Shown here piece after piece: positions 1 through 8,926 of a DNA stretch of 35,177 nt. Every line of letters begins with the position of its first letter. Positions within the stretch are counted from its first letter, which is position 1. The notes beneath the pieces were generated by a model. It was not told where the DNA came from and did no database searches. It worked only from the letters and a program-made list of their open reading frames with translations. The translations under genes were made by a program, and so were the position numbers. Location of the stretch: sequence record DRR378314_1433; one strand, 5' to 3'.

Positions 1-191
1 CCGCCGCGCTGTCGGTTCCATCAGGGGCCGAAAACACGAGATACCCGGATGGTGAGAGCCAGTCCGGATGTTTGTGCTGAATACTAAAAGAATCCTGCCA
101 ACAGCGAAGACTTCTCGAGAACACAATGGCAACTTTCAATCAAGTCGGAATCGCGTTAGTTGAATCTTGTTAAAAAAACTAGAGAAGACAA

Positions 192-1322
192 ATGAATACA
201 GAACGCCTCTACGAACTCTTGTCGCAGCTAGAAATAGAAACATCTAAGTTGGATTTGCTGGGCAAACTGGACAGGTTGGTAGAATATGTTGGCCAGCAGG
301 TGAGTGATCCCTCAAATGCTGAGCACCAGACAAACTTCTCAAGCTCCCGAAAAGAGTTGGAAGTCTCGTTGAGGGAAAGTTGGTTCTCCCAGCTAACCCC
401 TTTGGAGGCAGACGTTCTCAATTCGATGGGGTTGGACTACTTGATAGGTCAAAAACTCCCTCGCCGCTTGAAGCAAATCATGCGCGACGACGGTATGCTG
501 CCCGCTGTAGTTAGGGACGAGTTGTCGAGTATTGTACAAGTTATAAAATCAAAACTCACCACGGCAGTAGACACAAAAAACAATCTCTCAAAATTGGGAT
601 TTGTTTCTGAGAAAATTGAGGTGGGTTCAGCAGAGCTTGCCTATCGTATACCTCGAGCAGCAATCGACAATCGTTATTCCACATTCCTAGAGGACGCGCA
701 GTTCTATCATTCTCTAGTTACAATCATGTCTGAGATCGTATTGGGAGCAACTCCTGAACTCGAACTCCAAGGATTGTCATCGAGCGCGTTCTCCATATTT
801 TTGAATCTCGATCCCGAGGTAGTGGCCTTCACCATTCTCGCTATTGAGCGAGCAATGAACAGTTACAAGACTATACTCGAAATACGAGTCCTTCGCGACC
901 AAATGAAAAATAGAGGTGTGACGGAGGAGGCGCTTGCTGCAATTGAGGCTAATATTCAGTCGACCCTAGATGAGGTTTTTCGAACTGCACTTTTGTCAGC
1001 TATCAAGGAAACTAAGACATCTGCTTCGAAGGAAAGAAAAAATGAACTTGTAAATCACGGATCAATACTCCTCCGTCAGCTTTCAGAGAAAATGGAGGAG
1101 GGTTACGAGGTAGATGCGCGAGTCGGCTATTCAGAAGAAGATATTGAAGAAGAATCAGAGAAAACGATAAATGATCGGTATCGGGAGATTGATAAAAAGA
1201 TCCGTAAAGCAATCAAAAGTGTAAGAAAGCATATTGGAGCGACTAAACGGCTTAATGTGTTGGAGCATTCGTCGTTCCAGGGGGAGACGGAACACGAATC
1301 TGAAGATTTAGAGGAGGAATAA
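192..1322 (+). CDS. Hypothetical protein, 376 aa, low GC, largely helical with an acidic C-terminal tail
   Basis: Long open frame with purine-rich AGAGAAG before the ATG. Sampled lines are about 33-45% GC, below the flanks. No recognisable motif. Confidence 0.85.
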   Translation: MNTERLYELLSQLEIETSKLDLLGKLDRLVEYVGQQVSDPSNAEHQTNFSSSRKELEVSLRESWFSQLTPLEADVLNSMGLDYLIGQKLPRRLKQIMRDDGMLPAVVRDELSSIVQVIKSKLTTAVDTKNNLSKLGFVSEKIEVGSAELAYRIPRAAIDNRYSTFLEDAQFYHSLVTIMSEIVLGATPELELQGLSSSAFSIFLNLDPEVVAFTILAIERAMNSYKTILEIRVLRDQMKNRGVTEEALAAIEANIQSTLDEVFRTALLSAIKETKTSASKERKNELVNHGSILLRQLSEKMEEGYEVDARVGYSEEDIEEESEKTINDRYREIDKKIRKAIKSVRKHIGATKRLNVLEHSSFQGETEHESEDLEEE

Positions 1323-1324
1323 GG

Positions 1325-2059
1325 CTACTTTGCCGATGACACTTCCTCCAGAACCTCGACCGCCACAATATCCCCATCATAAAGCGCCCGGCCGAGGATA
1401 GACCCCGCGATCGGGGCGTCGGCGGCGATCAGGGCGCGGATGTCGTCCGTGCTGGCGACACCGCCGGAGGCGATGATCGGGATGCTGACGGTGTTGGCAA
1501 GTTCTGCCGTGAACGGAACATTGACGCCGGTTTTCAATCCGTCGCGGCCAATGTCGGTGGCGACGATGGCGGCCACGCCGCAGCCTTCAAAGGCCTTGGC
1601 CAGTTCGGTCGCCCTCATGTCGCTGGTCTCGGCCCAGCCTTCTACGGCGACCATGCCATCCTTCGCGTCGATGCCGACCACGATCTTGCCGGGCAGGGCG
1701 CGGGCGGCCTCTTTCACAAGCTCCGGATCGCGCAGCGCCGCCGTGCCCAGGATGACGCGGGAGATGCCGGCCTCCAGCCAGGCATCGATCTGCGCGCGGG
1801 TGCGGATGCCGCCGCCAAGCTGCACCGGCGCATCGGTCGCGCTCAGGATCGCCTCGACCGCGGCGCGGTTCACGGCCTTGCCTTCAAAGGCGCCGTTCAG
1901 ATCCACTACGTGAAGATGCGTGAAACCGGCCTCGCGAAAGGCGCGGGCCTGGTCTGCCGGGCTGTCAGAAAAGACAGTCGCCTTGTCCATCTCACCGCGC
2001 AGCAGGCGCACGCACTGGCCGTCTTTCAAATCGATCGCGGGGTACAGGGTAAAACTCAT
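1325..2059 (-). CDS. hisA: ProFAR isomerase (histidine biosynthesis)
   Basis: [36 protein letters not shown] and IASGGV motifs; AGGAG RBS. Confidence 0.97.
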   Translation of the reverse strand: MSFTLYPAIDLKDGQCVRLLRGEMDKATVFSDSPADQARAFREAGFTHLHVVDLNGAFEGKAVNRAAVEAILSATDAPVQLGGGIRTRAQIDAWLEAGISRVILGTAALRDPELVKEAARALPGKIVVGIDAKDGMVAVEGWAETSDMRATELAKAFEGCGVAAIVATDIGRDGLKTGVNVPFTAELANTVSIPIIASGGVASTDDIRALIAADAPIAGSILGRALYDGDIVAVEVLEEVSSAK

Positions 2060-2073
2060 AGTCGCTCCTTGGC

Positions 2074-2146
2074 GCTCATCCTGAGCGAAGTCGAAGGAGA
2101 GCGCGGGCTGGGAGAGGCTCGCCCTTCGACTTCGCTCAGGGTGAGC
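2074..2146. repeat. REP-like intergenic palindrome with 24-bp arms
   Basis: GCTCATCCTGAGCGAAGTCGAAGG (2074-2097) and CCTTCGACTTCGCTCAGGGTGAGC (2123-2146) are reverse complements with one mismatch. Confidence 0.85.
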
Positions 2147-2150
2147 CGGT

Positions 2151-2798
2151 TCATGGGTCCCAGCTCAGGAAATTGGACAGGATGCGCAGGCCAAGGGCTT
2201 GCGACTTTTCGGGGTGGAATTGCGTGCCGAACAGGTTGCCCCGCGCCACCGCTGCGGTGATCGCCTCTGCGCCATAGCTCGCCGTGGCGGCTATATCGGC
2301 GGGGTCTGCCGTCGTGAAGGCGTAGGAATGCGTGAAATAGACGTGCGGCTCAGCGCCCAGACCTGACAGGACAGGATGCGGCGCGGCGGGCAGGGACAGC
2401 TCGTTCCAGCCCATATGAGGCACGCGAAAGGCGTCGCCCGGCTGGATGCGCGCAACCTCTCCGGCGATCCAGCCGAGGCCCGGCGTCGCGCCGTCTTCGC
2501 GGCCCGTCTCGGCCAGGAGCTGCATGCCAACACAGATGCCGAGGAAGGGCTTGCCGCCCTTCAGGCAGGCCGTCTCCAGCGCCTCGACTACGCCCGTCTG
2601 GGCGCGCAGGCCTGCGGCGCAATCTGCGAAATGGCCCACGCCCGGCAGCACGACCCGCTCTGCCGCGAGAATGTCTTCGGCACGGTTCGTGATGCGGATC
2701 TCGTGGCCGGTCCCGCCAAGGCGCGCCGCCTCGCGCAGGGCCCTGCCGGCGGAGTGCAGGTTTCCGGATCCGTAATCGATGAGGGCAACAAGGCGCAT
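2151..2798 (-). CDS. hisH: Imidazole glycerol phosphate synthase, glutamine amidotransferase subunit
   Basis: [27 protein letters not shown] and QFHPEKS motifs. Start placed at MRLVALIDY (2798). Confidence 0.96.
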   Translation of the reverse strand: MRLVALIDYGSGNLHSAGRALREAARLGGTGHEIRITNRAEDILAAERVVLPGVGHFADCAAGLRAQTGVVEALETACLKGGKPFLGICVGMQLLAETGREDGATPGLGWIAGEVARIQPGDAFRVPHMGWNELSLPAAPHPVLSGLGAEPHVYFTHSYAFTTADPADIAATASYGAEAITAAVARGNLFGTQFHPEKSQALGLRILSNFLSWDP

Positions 2799-2911
2799 GG
2801 CCGCGCTCTTAGCCTTGCCGGGGCCGTGAGGGAAGGGGGCAGCCACCCTTGCGCCCAGGGGCAAGGTGCCGCAAGCTCGGCCGCATCATGCCAATTTCAC
2901 GGAGCTTGCTC

Positions 2912-4348
2912 ATGCGATCCATTCTGCCCGCGTTTACCGCCTGTCTGCTGGCCGCCTGTGCCGCCACCCCTGCCTGGCCCGACGCGGCCGAGAGCGCTGC
3001 GCTGGACGAAGCGCGCAGCCAGGCCGAGCTGACGGCGTATTTGTCGGACAGCCTGTGGGACTGGGCAGAGCTTGGCTATCAGGAAGAGAAGTCTTCCACC
3101 CTGCTTCAGGAAACCCTTGCAGATGCAGGCTTCACTGTAACGCCAGGCGTGGCAGATATTCCGACAGCCTTCGTGGCCGAATACGGCTCTGGTGGTCCGG
3201 TCATCGCGCTGCTGGCCGAAATGGACGCGCTGCCAGGTATCAACCAGTCGGCCCTGCCAACGCGCAAAGGTGTCAATGGCAAGCTTGCCGGTCATGCCTG
3301 CGGGCACAATCTTTTCGGGGCGGGGTCTGTCTCGGCTGCCATCGCCATTCGGAACTGGCTGGAAGAGAGCGGGACACCGGGCCGTATCCGCGTCTATGGC
3401 ACACCGGCCGAGGAGGGCGGCTCCGGCAAGGTCTATATGGTCCGCGCGGGCCTGTTCGAAGATGTCGATATCGCCATTCACTGGCATCCCGGGGATCGCA
3501 ACTCTGCCGCGGCCAACACGACGCTGGCGAACCGGTCTGCGAAGTTCCGCTTTTCCGGAATCTCTGCCCATGCGGCTGGCGCTCCCGAACAGGGGCGGTC
3601 CGCGCTGGACGGCGTTGAGGCAATGAACATGATGGCCAACATGATGCACGAGCACATCCCGCAGGATGCGCGGATGCATTACGTCATCACCTCTGGCGGT
3701 TCGGCCCCCAATGTCGTGCCGGACTTTGCGGAAGTGTTCTACTATGTCCGCCATCCCTCCCCAGACGGCGTTGAGGCGATCTGGTCGCGTCTGGAAAACG
3801 CTGCGCGGGGCGCGGCACAGGGAACCGGAACTGAAGTGGAGTGGGAAGTCATCCACGGCAACAACCCACTGCTCGTGAACGAAACGCTGGCCCTTCTGAT
3901 GGACGAGAAGCTTCGCATTGTGGGCGGCCTGGAATATACAGAGGCTGAACTGGAATTCGCCGAGACGATCTCCACGACTCTCAGCGACACGTCGCTACCA
4001 TTGTCATCAGCCTCGGAAGTACAGCCCTTCGAAGTGTCGCTTGGCTATGGCTCAACGGATGTGGGGGATGTGTCTTATGCAGTCCCAACCGTCGGACTGC
4101 GCACAGCAACTTGGGTGCCGGGAACACCTGCGCATTCCTGGCAGGCTGTGGCAGCCAGTGGCACATCTATCGGCCACAAAGGGACGCAAGTCGCCGCCGA
4201 GACGATCACGCTCGCCGCTGTTGAGTTGTTCACGAATGAAGATTTGCGGAAAAAGGCGCGCACAGAGTTCGATGAAGCCCGTGGTCCGGACTACGAATAC
4301 AAATCCCTGCTCGGCGATCGTGACCCACCGCTCGACTATCGCAAATAG
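2912..4348 (+). CDS. M20-family amidohydrolase (AbgB-like) with predicted lipoprotein signal
   Basis: ELGYQE, AEMDALPG, HACGHN, GTPAEEGG and HWHP motifs. GGAG RBS at 2901 precedes MRSILPAFTACLLAAC. Confidence 0.88.
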   Translation: MRSILPAFTACLLAACAATPAWPDAAESAALDEARSQAELTAYLSDSLWDWAELGYQEEKSSTLLQETLADAGFTVTPGVADIPTAFVAEYGSGGPVIALLAEMDALPGINQSALPTRKGVNGKLAGHACGHNLFGAGSVSAAIAIRNWLEESGTPGRIRVYGTPAEEGGSGKVYMVRAGLFEDVDIAIHWHPGDRNSAAANTTLANRSAKFRFSGISAHAAGAPEQGRSALDGVEAMNMMANMMHEHIPQDARMHYVITSGGSAPNVVPDFAEVFYYVRHPSPDGVEAIWSRLENAARGAAQGTGTEVEWEVIHGNNPLLVNETLALLMDEKLRIVGGLEYTEAELEFAETISTTLSDTSLPLSSASEVQPFEVSLGYGSTDVGDVSYAVPTVGLRTATWVPGTPAHSWQAVAASGTSIGHKGTQVAAETITLAAVELFTNEDLRKKARTEFDEARGPDYEYKSLLGDRDPPLDYRK

Positions 4349-4406
4349 GACCTGAATCCTGACACACCGGCCTGACGCTTCTGACCTCTCTGCTATCCGC
4401 CGCGAT

Positions 4407-4994
4407 ATGCAGGGAGTCTATGAGCGCCAAGCTGGTGTCTGGCATCGCCACCGGATGCGCGACCTGAATGAGCGTAAATGGCTCGACCCCTTTCTTGCCT
4501 CGCTTCCCCTGCGGCCCCGGGTGTTGGATCTTGGCTGCGGATCAGGTGTCCCGCTTGGGGCATTTCTTCTGGCCCAGGGCTGTGATCTTACAGGCGTTGA
4601 CTATTCTGGCGCCATGATCGCGCTGGCCTGCGAACATGCCCCGTCAGGCAATTGGCAGGTGCAAGATATGCGGGCCCTTGATCTGGTGGGTGATTTTGAT
4701 GGAATCGTCAGCTGGGACGCCTTCTTTCACCTCAGCCAGGATGAACAGCTGCAGCTGCTGCCGATACTCGGCAGGCTGGTCCGGCCCGGCGGCGCGCTGC
4801 TGCTGACAGTCGGGCCTGGAGGCGGCGAAGTAACAGGCATGGTTGGCGGTGAAGCCGTGTACCATGCCAGTCTTGACCCTGAAGAGTATCGCAGGCAGCT
4901 GGAAGCGCTTGGCTTCAAAGACATCGCTTTCACGCCGGAAGACCCCGAAGTGATGGGGCGGAGCGTTTTACTGGCCACGGGGAAGGGAGGTTAA
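4407..4994 (+). CDS. Class I SAM-dependent methyltransferase
   Basis: VLDLGCGSG motif [19 protein letters not shown] and LVRPGG. True start may lie slightly upstream. Confidence 0.9.
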   Translation: MQGVYERQAGVWHRHRMRDLNERKWLDPFLASLPLRPRVLDLGCGSGVPLGAFLLAQGCDLTGVDYSGAMIALACEHAPSGNWQVQDMRALDLVGDFDGIVSWDAFFHLSQDEQLQLLPILGRLVRPGGALLLTVGPGGGEVTGMVGGEAVYHASLDPEEYRRQLEALGFKDIAFTPEDPEVMGRSVLLATGKGG

Positions 4995-5587
4995 AGGCTG
5001 CCCTTGGTGCTGGCTGGTTTGCCGCCGAGCTTCGGGTCCTCCGCAATGGCCGCACGCAGCGCCCGGGCAGTAGCCTTGAAGCAGGATTCTGCAATGTGGT
5101 GGCAATTCTCGCCGTAGAGGTTCTCCACGTGCAGGCACATGCCGCCATTGCCAGCCAGGGCGTGGAAGAACTCCTTGAAGAGTTCGGTATCCATCTCGCC
5201 GATCTTGTCGCGGCTGAAGTGCACTTTCCACACCAGATAAGGCCTCTTGCAAAGGTCCAGAGAGGTGCGGGAAAGCGTTTCGTCCATTGGCACATAGGCA
5301 TGGCCAAACCGGGTGATGCCGGCGAAATCGCCCAGCGCCTTCATGATGGCCTGACCGATCACAATGCCCGTATCCTCGACGCTGTGGTGCATGTCGATGT
5401 GCAGGTCGCCCTTGCAGCGAACCGTCAGGTCGATCGCTGAATGTTTGGAAAATGCTTCCAGCATGTGATCGAAGAAACCGATGCCGGTTTCGATGTCAGA
5501 CTTTCCCGTCCCATCCAGATCGACGGTAACCGAAATGTCGGTTTCCTTGGTGGTTCGGGTAACTGTAGCAGTGCGGTTCGTAGTCAT
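4991..5587 (-). CDS. hisB: Imidazoleglycerol-phosphate dehydratase
   Basis: [29 protein letters not shown] and [12 protein letters not shown] motifs. Confidence 0.97.
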   Translation of the reverse strand: MTTNRTATVTRTTKETDISVTVDLDGTGKSDIETGIGFFDHMLEAFSKHSAIDLTVRCKGDLHIDMHHSVEDTGIVIGQAIMKALGDFAGITRFGHAYVPMDETLSRTSLDLCKRPYLVWKVHFSRDKIGEMDTELFKEFFHALAGNGGMCLHVENLYGENCHHIAESCFKATARALRAAIAEDPKLGGKPASTKGSL

Positions 5588-5710
5588 GTTGGCCCATATA
5601 GTGCGTTGGAAGCGCTACAGCTAGCGCGTTTTGTTCACTGATTCCTAAACATATTCCGGAAACATGGTTACCGCACACAAATGTGGTGACGTGGTAAGGA
5701 CGTTCTAAGC

Positions 5711-7462
5711 GTGGACAAACAGAGTTTCATCTCGAGACTTCTGGGCCGTATGACCATTCCGGGGTTTGCGGCTTGGTCTGCAGCAATTGCAACAGTCATC
5801 ATCTTTGTCGGAGTCTGGGCAATCGAACAGGCGTATGGCGCGCTTATCGAAGGCAAGGCCTGGACAGACATGTCCCTTCCTCTCTGGGCAATCTTTGTGC
5901 TGTTGTCGGCATCGTCCGCTGTTGCTGCTGTAACCGCATGGTTTTTCGCTCGGGAATTCCAGAACGTCCTGGTCAACTTCACGCGGTATCTTGAGGTCGC
6001 TCAATCAGACTCAACTGCGCGCTTGTCCAACGTGTCTTTTGTTGAGTTGCGTCGACTGCGCTCGGTTGTGATCCGCTCTGTTGGAAAACTCCGCCGGGAT
6101 AACGAAGCGCTGCGCCAGACTGCATATGAAGACCCGCGCACCGGTATGCCAAACCTGATCGCGCTGGAAGAACACATACACAAGACGCTGCCTCGCGCGA
6201 AGTATGAAACCCCTGCGGCGTTGATCGTACTGGATCTGGACAATTTCACACGTTCATCCGAACGTCTCGGAGCGTTGGCAAGCGAAGCGCTTTTGAAGAC
6301 GTGTGGCGAGCGCATGTCTGCTGCGTTGGCTTCGCTTGAGGGGCCCGTTCGGAATGGGCTGAAAGATTCAATGCTGGCCGCGATGCAGGCTGATAGTTTT
6401 GCACTCTATTTGCCTTGCGCAGTCAGCAGGGATTACGTGTCCAACATAGCGCGCGCAATTCGCTTGGCGTTCGCGGAGCCTTTCGTAGTGGCGGGGCAGT
6501 CTGTCACGCTTGGCATATCAGGTGGCATTGTGATTGCGCCCGAAGATGCCGACACCGTTCACAAACTATTCCGGCACGCTGAACTGGCGCTACGTCAGGT
6601 CCGCAGTGATACCGGGTCGGGATTTCGTTACTTTTCTCCACGTCTCAACCGAGTGGCGCGTGGCAAGTACATGCTTGAGGCAGAGCTTCGCGACGCGGTG
6701 GCAAATCGGGAGTTCAAGACGCACTTCCAGCCAAAGATCGACTTCATGACGGGTCAGGTTGTCGGCGCCGAAGCGCTTGCGCGCTGGATTCGTCCGAATG
6801 GCAAAATCATATCGCCGAATACTTTTATTCCGCTCGCAGAGGAAACGGGACTTGTTACGCAGATTGGTGAACAGGTTCTTGAAGCTGCGTGCGAGTCGGC
6901 CCGGATATGGATGCAGGAAGGGTTCAATGCCACTGTTGCGGTGAATGTGTCGCCGCGCCAGTTTCAGGCGACGGATCTGACCGAAACAGTACTATCCATT
7001 CTCAAGCGTACCGGTTTGCCGCCGAACCGGCTGGAACTTGAGATTACGGAAAGCATGGCCGTGTCCGAGCCGGAAAAGGTTGCGCGGGTTATGCGTCCAC
7101 TTCGCAGTCTGGGTACCAAGCTGGCAATTGATGATTTCGGGACCGGCCATTCAAACCTGTCCATCCTTACGCAACTGCCCTTCGACGTATTCAAGATTGA
7201 CCGTCAATTTGTTTCGGCACTTGAATCCGATGAGCAGGCTCCAGCGATCATCGAGATGATCCTTGCGATGGCAGAGACACTTGGGCTGAAGACCGTCGCC
7301 GAAGGCGTCGAAACAGAACGGCAGGCCGATTTCCTGCGGCGCCGTGGATGTTCGATGGCGCAGGGTTTCCTGTACAGTTCAGGACTTCCGCATGAAGCAT
7401 TCATGGATTTCATCCGGGGCTGGACCAGTAACAGTCAGTCGTCGCGCCAAAAAGTCAGCTAA
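5711..7462 (+). CDS. Membrane-anchored GGDEF-EAL protein with degenerate GGDEF; probable c-di-GMP phosphodiesterase
   Basis: Two N-terminal hydrophobic segments; DPRTGMPN and LDLDNF; QADSF in place of GGDEF; intact EAL, ELEITES, DDFGTG, KID, AEGVE and QG motifs. Confidence 0.92.
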   Translation: MDKQSFISRLLGRMTIPGFAAWSAAIATVIIFVGVWAIEQAYGALIEGKAWTDMSLPLWAIFVLLSASSAVAAVTAWFFAREFQNVLVNFTRYLEVAQSDSTARLSNVSFVELRRLRSVVIRSVGKLRRDNEALRQTAYEDPRTGMPNLIALEEHIHKTLPRAKYETPAALIVLDLDNFTRSSERLGALASEALLKTCGERMSAALASLEGPVRNGLKDSMLAAMQADSFALYLPCAVSRDYVSNIARAIRLAFAEPFVVAGQSVTLGISGGIVIAPEDADTVHKLFRHAELALRQVRSDTGSGFRYFSPRLNRVARGKYMLEAELRDAVANREFKTHFQPKIDFMTGQVVGAEALARWIRPNGKIISPNTFIPLAEETGLVTQIGEQVLEAACESARIWMQEGFNATVAVNVSPRQFQATDLTETVLSILKRTGLPPNRLELEITESMAVSEPEKVARVMRPLRSLGTKLAIDDFGTGHSNLSILTQLPFDVFKIDRQFVSALESDEQAPAIIEMILAMAETLGLKTVAEGVETERQADFLRRRGCSMAQGFLYSSGLPHEAFMDFIRGWTSNSQSSRQKVS

Positions 7463-7980
7463 GCCGAATTTCTTCTGTACATGTTGACAGATGTTCCGCG
7501 GTATTCTGACGCTCGCCACAACTTGTATCCACATTTCTCCGCAACACGAATCGAAACTGCGTTGCCAGGATCAATAATGCAAACGCTCTGTCCGGGCTTG
7601 TTCTGATCAAGCCATTCATGCATCGCGCCGACAGCTTCGCTTGCGTAGCCCTTGCCCCAAGCCTTCTCAATGAATACCCAGCCGGCCTCGGGCCAGTCGG
7701 AAAGGTTCGGGTTCATGCCGCGCTCAAAATCAGCGAACCCTCCTTCACCAACGAACTTGCCTGTCTCTCGATCTTCAATTGCCCAGGAACCATAGCCAAG
7801 CAATTCCCACATGCCGCGATTGCGGCAGATCGTGAACCAGGCTTCCTGCCGGGACCGGGGTTGGCCGCCGATGTGACGGGTGACGTTTTCGGAAGCCCAC
7901 ATCGTGGCGGACGGTTCGAAATGGTGAATTTCCGGCGGGCGTAGAACCAACCTGTCTGTGAAAAGGATAGGCAGATGCAT
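7459..7980 (-). CDS. GNAT N-acetyltransferase (RimJ/RimL-like)
   Basis: TDRLVLRP, EAGW, AWGKGYASEA and NAVSIRVAEKCG motifs. Start placed at MHLPIL. Confidence 0.88.
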   Translation of the reverse strand: MHLPILFTDRLVLRPPEIHHFEPSATMWASENVTRHIGGQPRSRQEAWFTICRNRGMWELLGYGSWAIEDRETGKFVGEGGFADFERGMNPNLSDWPEAGWVFIEKAWGKGYASEAVGAMHEWLDQNKPGQSVCIIDPGNAVSIRVAEKCGYKLWRASEYRGTSVNMYRRNSA

Positions 7981-7994
7981 GGAAACCTGTTTGG

Positions 7995-8423
7995 CTAAGC
8001 TCTTTGCTTCATCTTTTCCAGCATGGCCGCCATCGCGGCGTGTACCACCTGCATACCTTTCAGGGGGCGGACCATGACTTTGAAGTCCATGATCTTTCCG
8101 TCTGTGTTCCACTCGATCATGTCGACTCCGTTTACGAGAATTCCGTCCATCACGCATTCGAACTCGAGAACGGCCTTGTCGCCGCAGTCGAACACGCGCG
8201 TGTAGCGAAATGTATCCCCACCGAGCGTCGCGCCTGCGGCTGTCAGGTAGGCTATTGTAATCGGCTTGCCAGCTTGCGGAGTGTGAACGACAGGACTCTT
8301 GAAAACAACGTCATCAGCCAGCTGTGCTGACAGTCCTTCAGGCGAATGATCGCCATTCATCCAGTCAAACCATGCTTGCAGGTTTGAACTATGCCCGGTC
8401 ATCGGTATCAGGTGTTCGGCCAT
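7995..8423 (-). CDS. SnoaL-like / NTF2-fold protein
   Basis: LADDVVFKSPVV, NGVDMI and GKIMDFKVMVRP pattern; AAGGA RBS. Confidence 0.85.
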   Translation of the reverse strand: MAEHLIPMTGHSSNLQAWFDWMNGDHSPEGLSAQLADDVVFKSPVVHTPQAGKPITIAYLTAAGATLGGDTFRYTRVFDCGDKAVLEFECVMDGILVNGVDMIEWNTDGKIMDFKVMVRPLKGMQVVHAAMAAMLEKMKQRA

Positions 8424-8435
8424 CGGAGGGTTTCC

Positions 8436-8867
8436 TTACTGTTCTGTACTGCCAGTGACCGGTTTTCCGATCAGATAGTCGCTCGGTTGGTTGAAGCAAT
8501 TTCCACGCAATGCGACCCAGCCGCCGGGAAAGTCTGGCTCAGTAAAAACGAGATCGACTCGGCCCCAATTATAGTGAGCCTCTCCCGTCACCGGATTTGT
8601 GATGGCGACGTCGCACAGCTCAATATCGGAGCTTTCCGGTTCTACCCAGATACCTGCATAGGCGCCTCGATTTTCATACACGCCTGCGAGATCCTTCAGG
8701 TAGACAGTGCCTCTCGCGTCCAGACCCGGATAGGACCAAACGGCCCACCCCTCAGGCGTGTCCGCTTCGTAGACGACGTCGCCGATCGGTGTAGACCAGA
8801 CCTCGTCCGCCGCAGCATTTAGCGCTGCCAAACCCATTCCCGCCAGAGCGAGCACCAAATTCCGCAT
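8436..8867 (-). CDS. Hypothetical secreted protein
   Basis: Sec-type signal MRNLVLALAGMGLAALNAAA; GGGAGG RBS; two cysteines. Confidence 0.8.
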   Translation of the reverse strand: MRNLVLALAGMGLAALNAAADEVWSTPIGDVVYEADTPEGWAVWSYPGLDARGTVYLKDLAGVYENRGAYAGIWVEPESSDIELCDVAITNPVTGEAHYNWGRVDLVFTEPDFPGGWVALRGNCFNQPSDYLIGKPVTGSTEQ

Positions 8868-8926
8868 GCTGAGTCCTCCCTTTTCTGGAGTGACCCTAGC
8901 ATGCGAATGGGACAGGTGAAGCAGAA

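Noticed and set aside
154..175. Possible CtrA box upstream of the orphan gene
   Set aside because: TTGA-N6-TTAA does not fit the TTAA-N7-TTAA consensus.
2074..2146. Palindrome as a CRISPR repeat, IS end or terminator
   Set aside because: It is a single inverted pair with no spacers, cas gene or transposase, and it lacks a U-tract.
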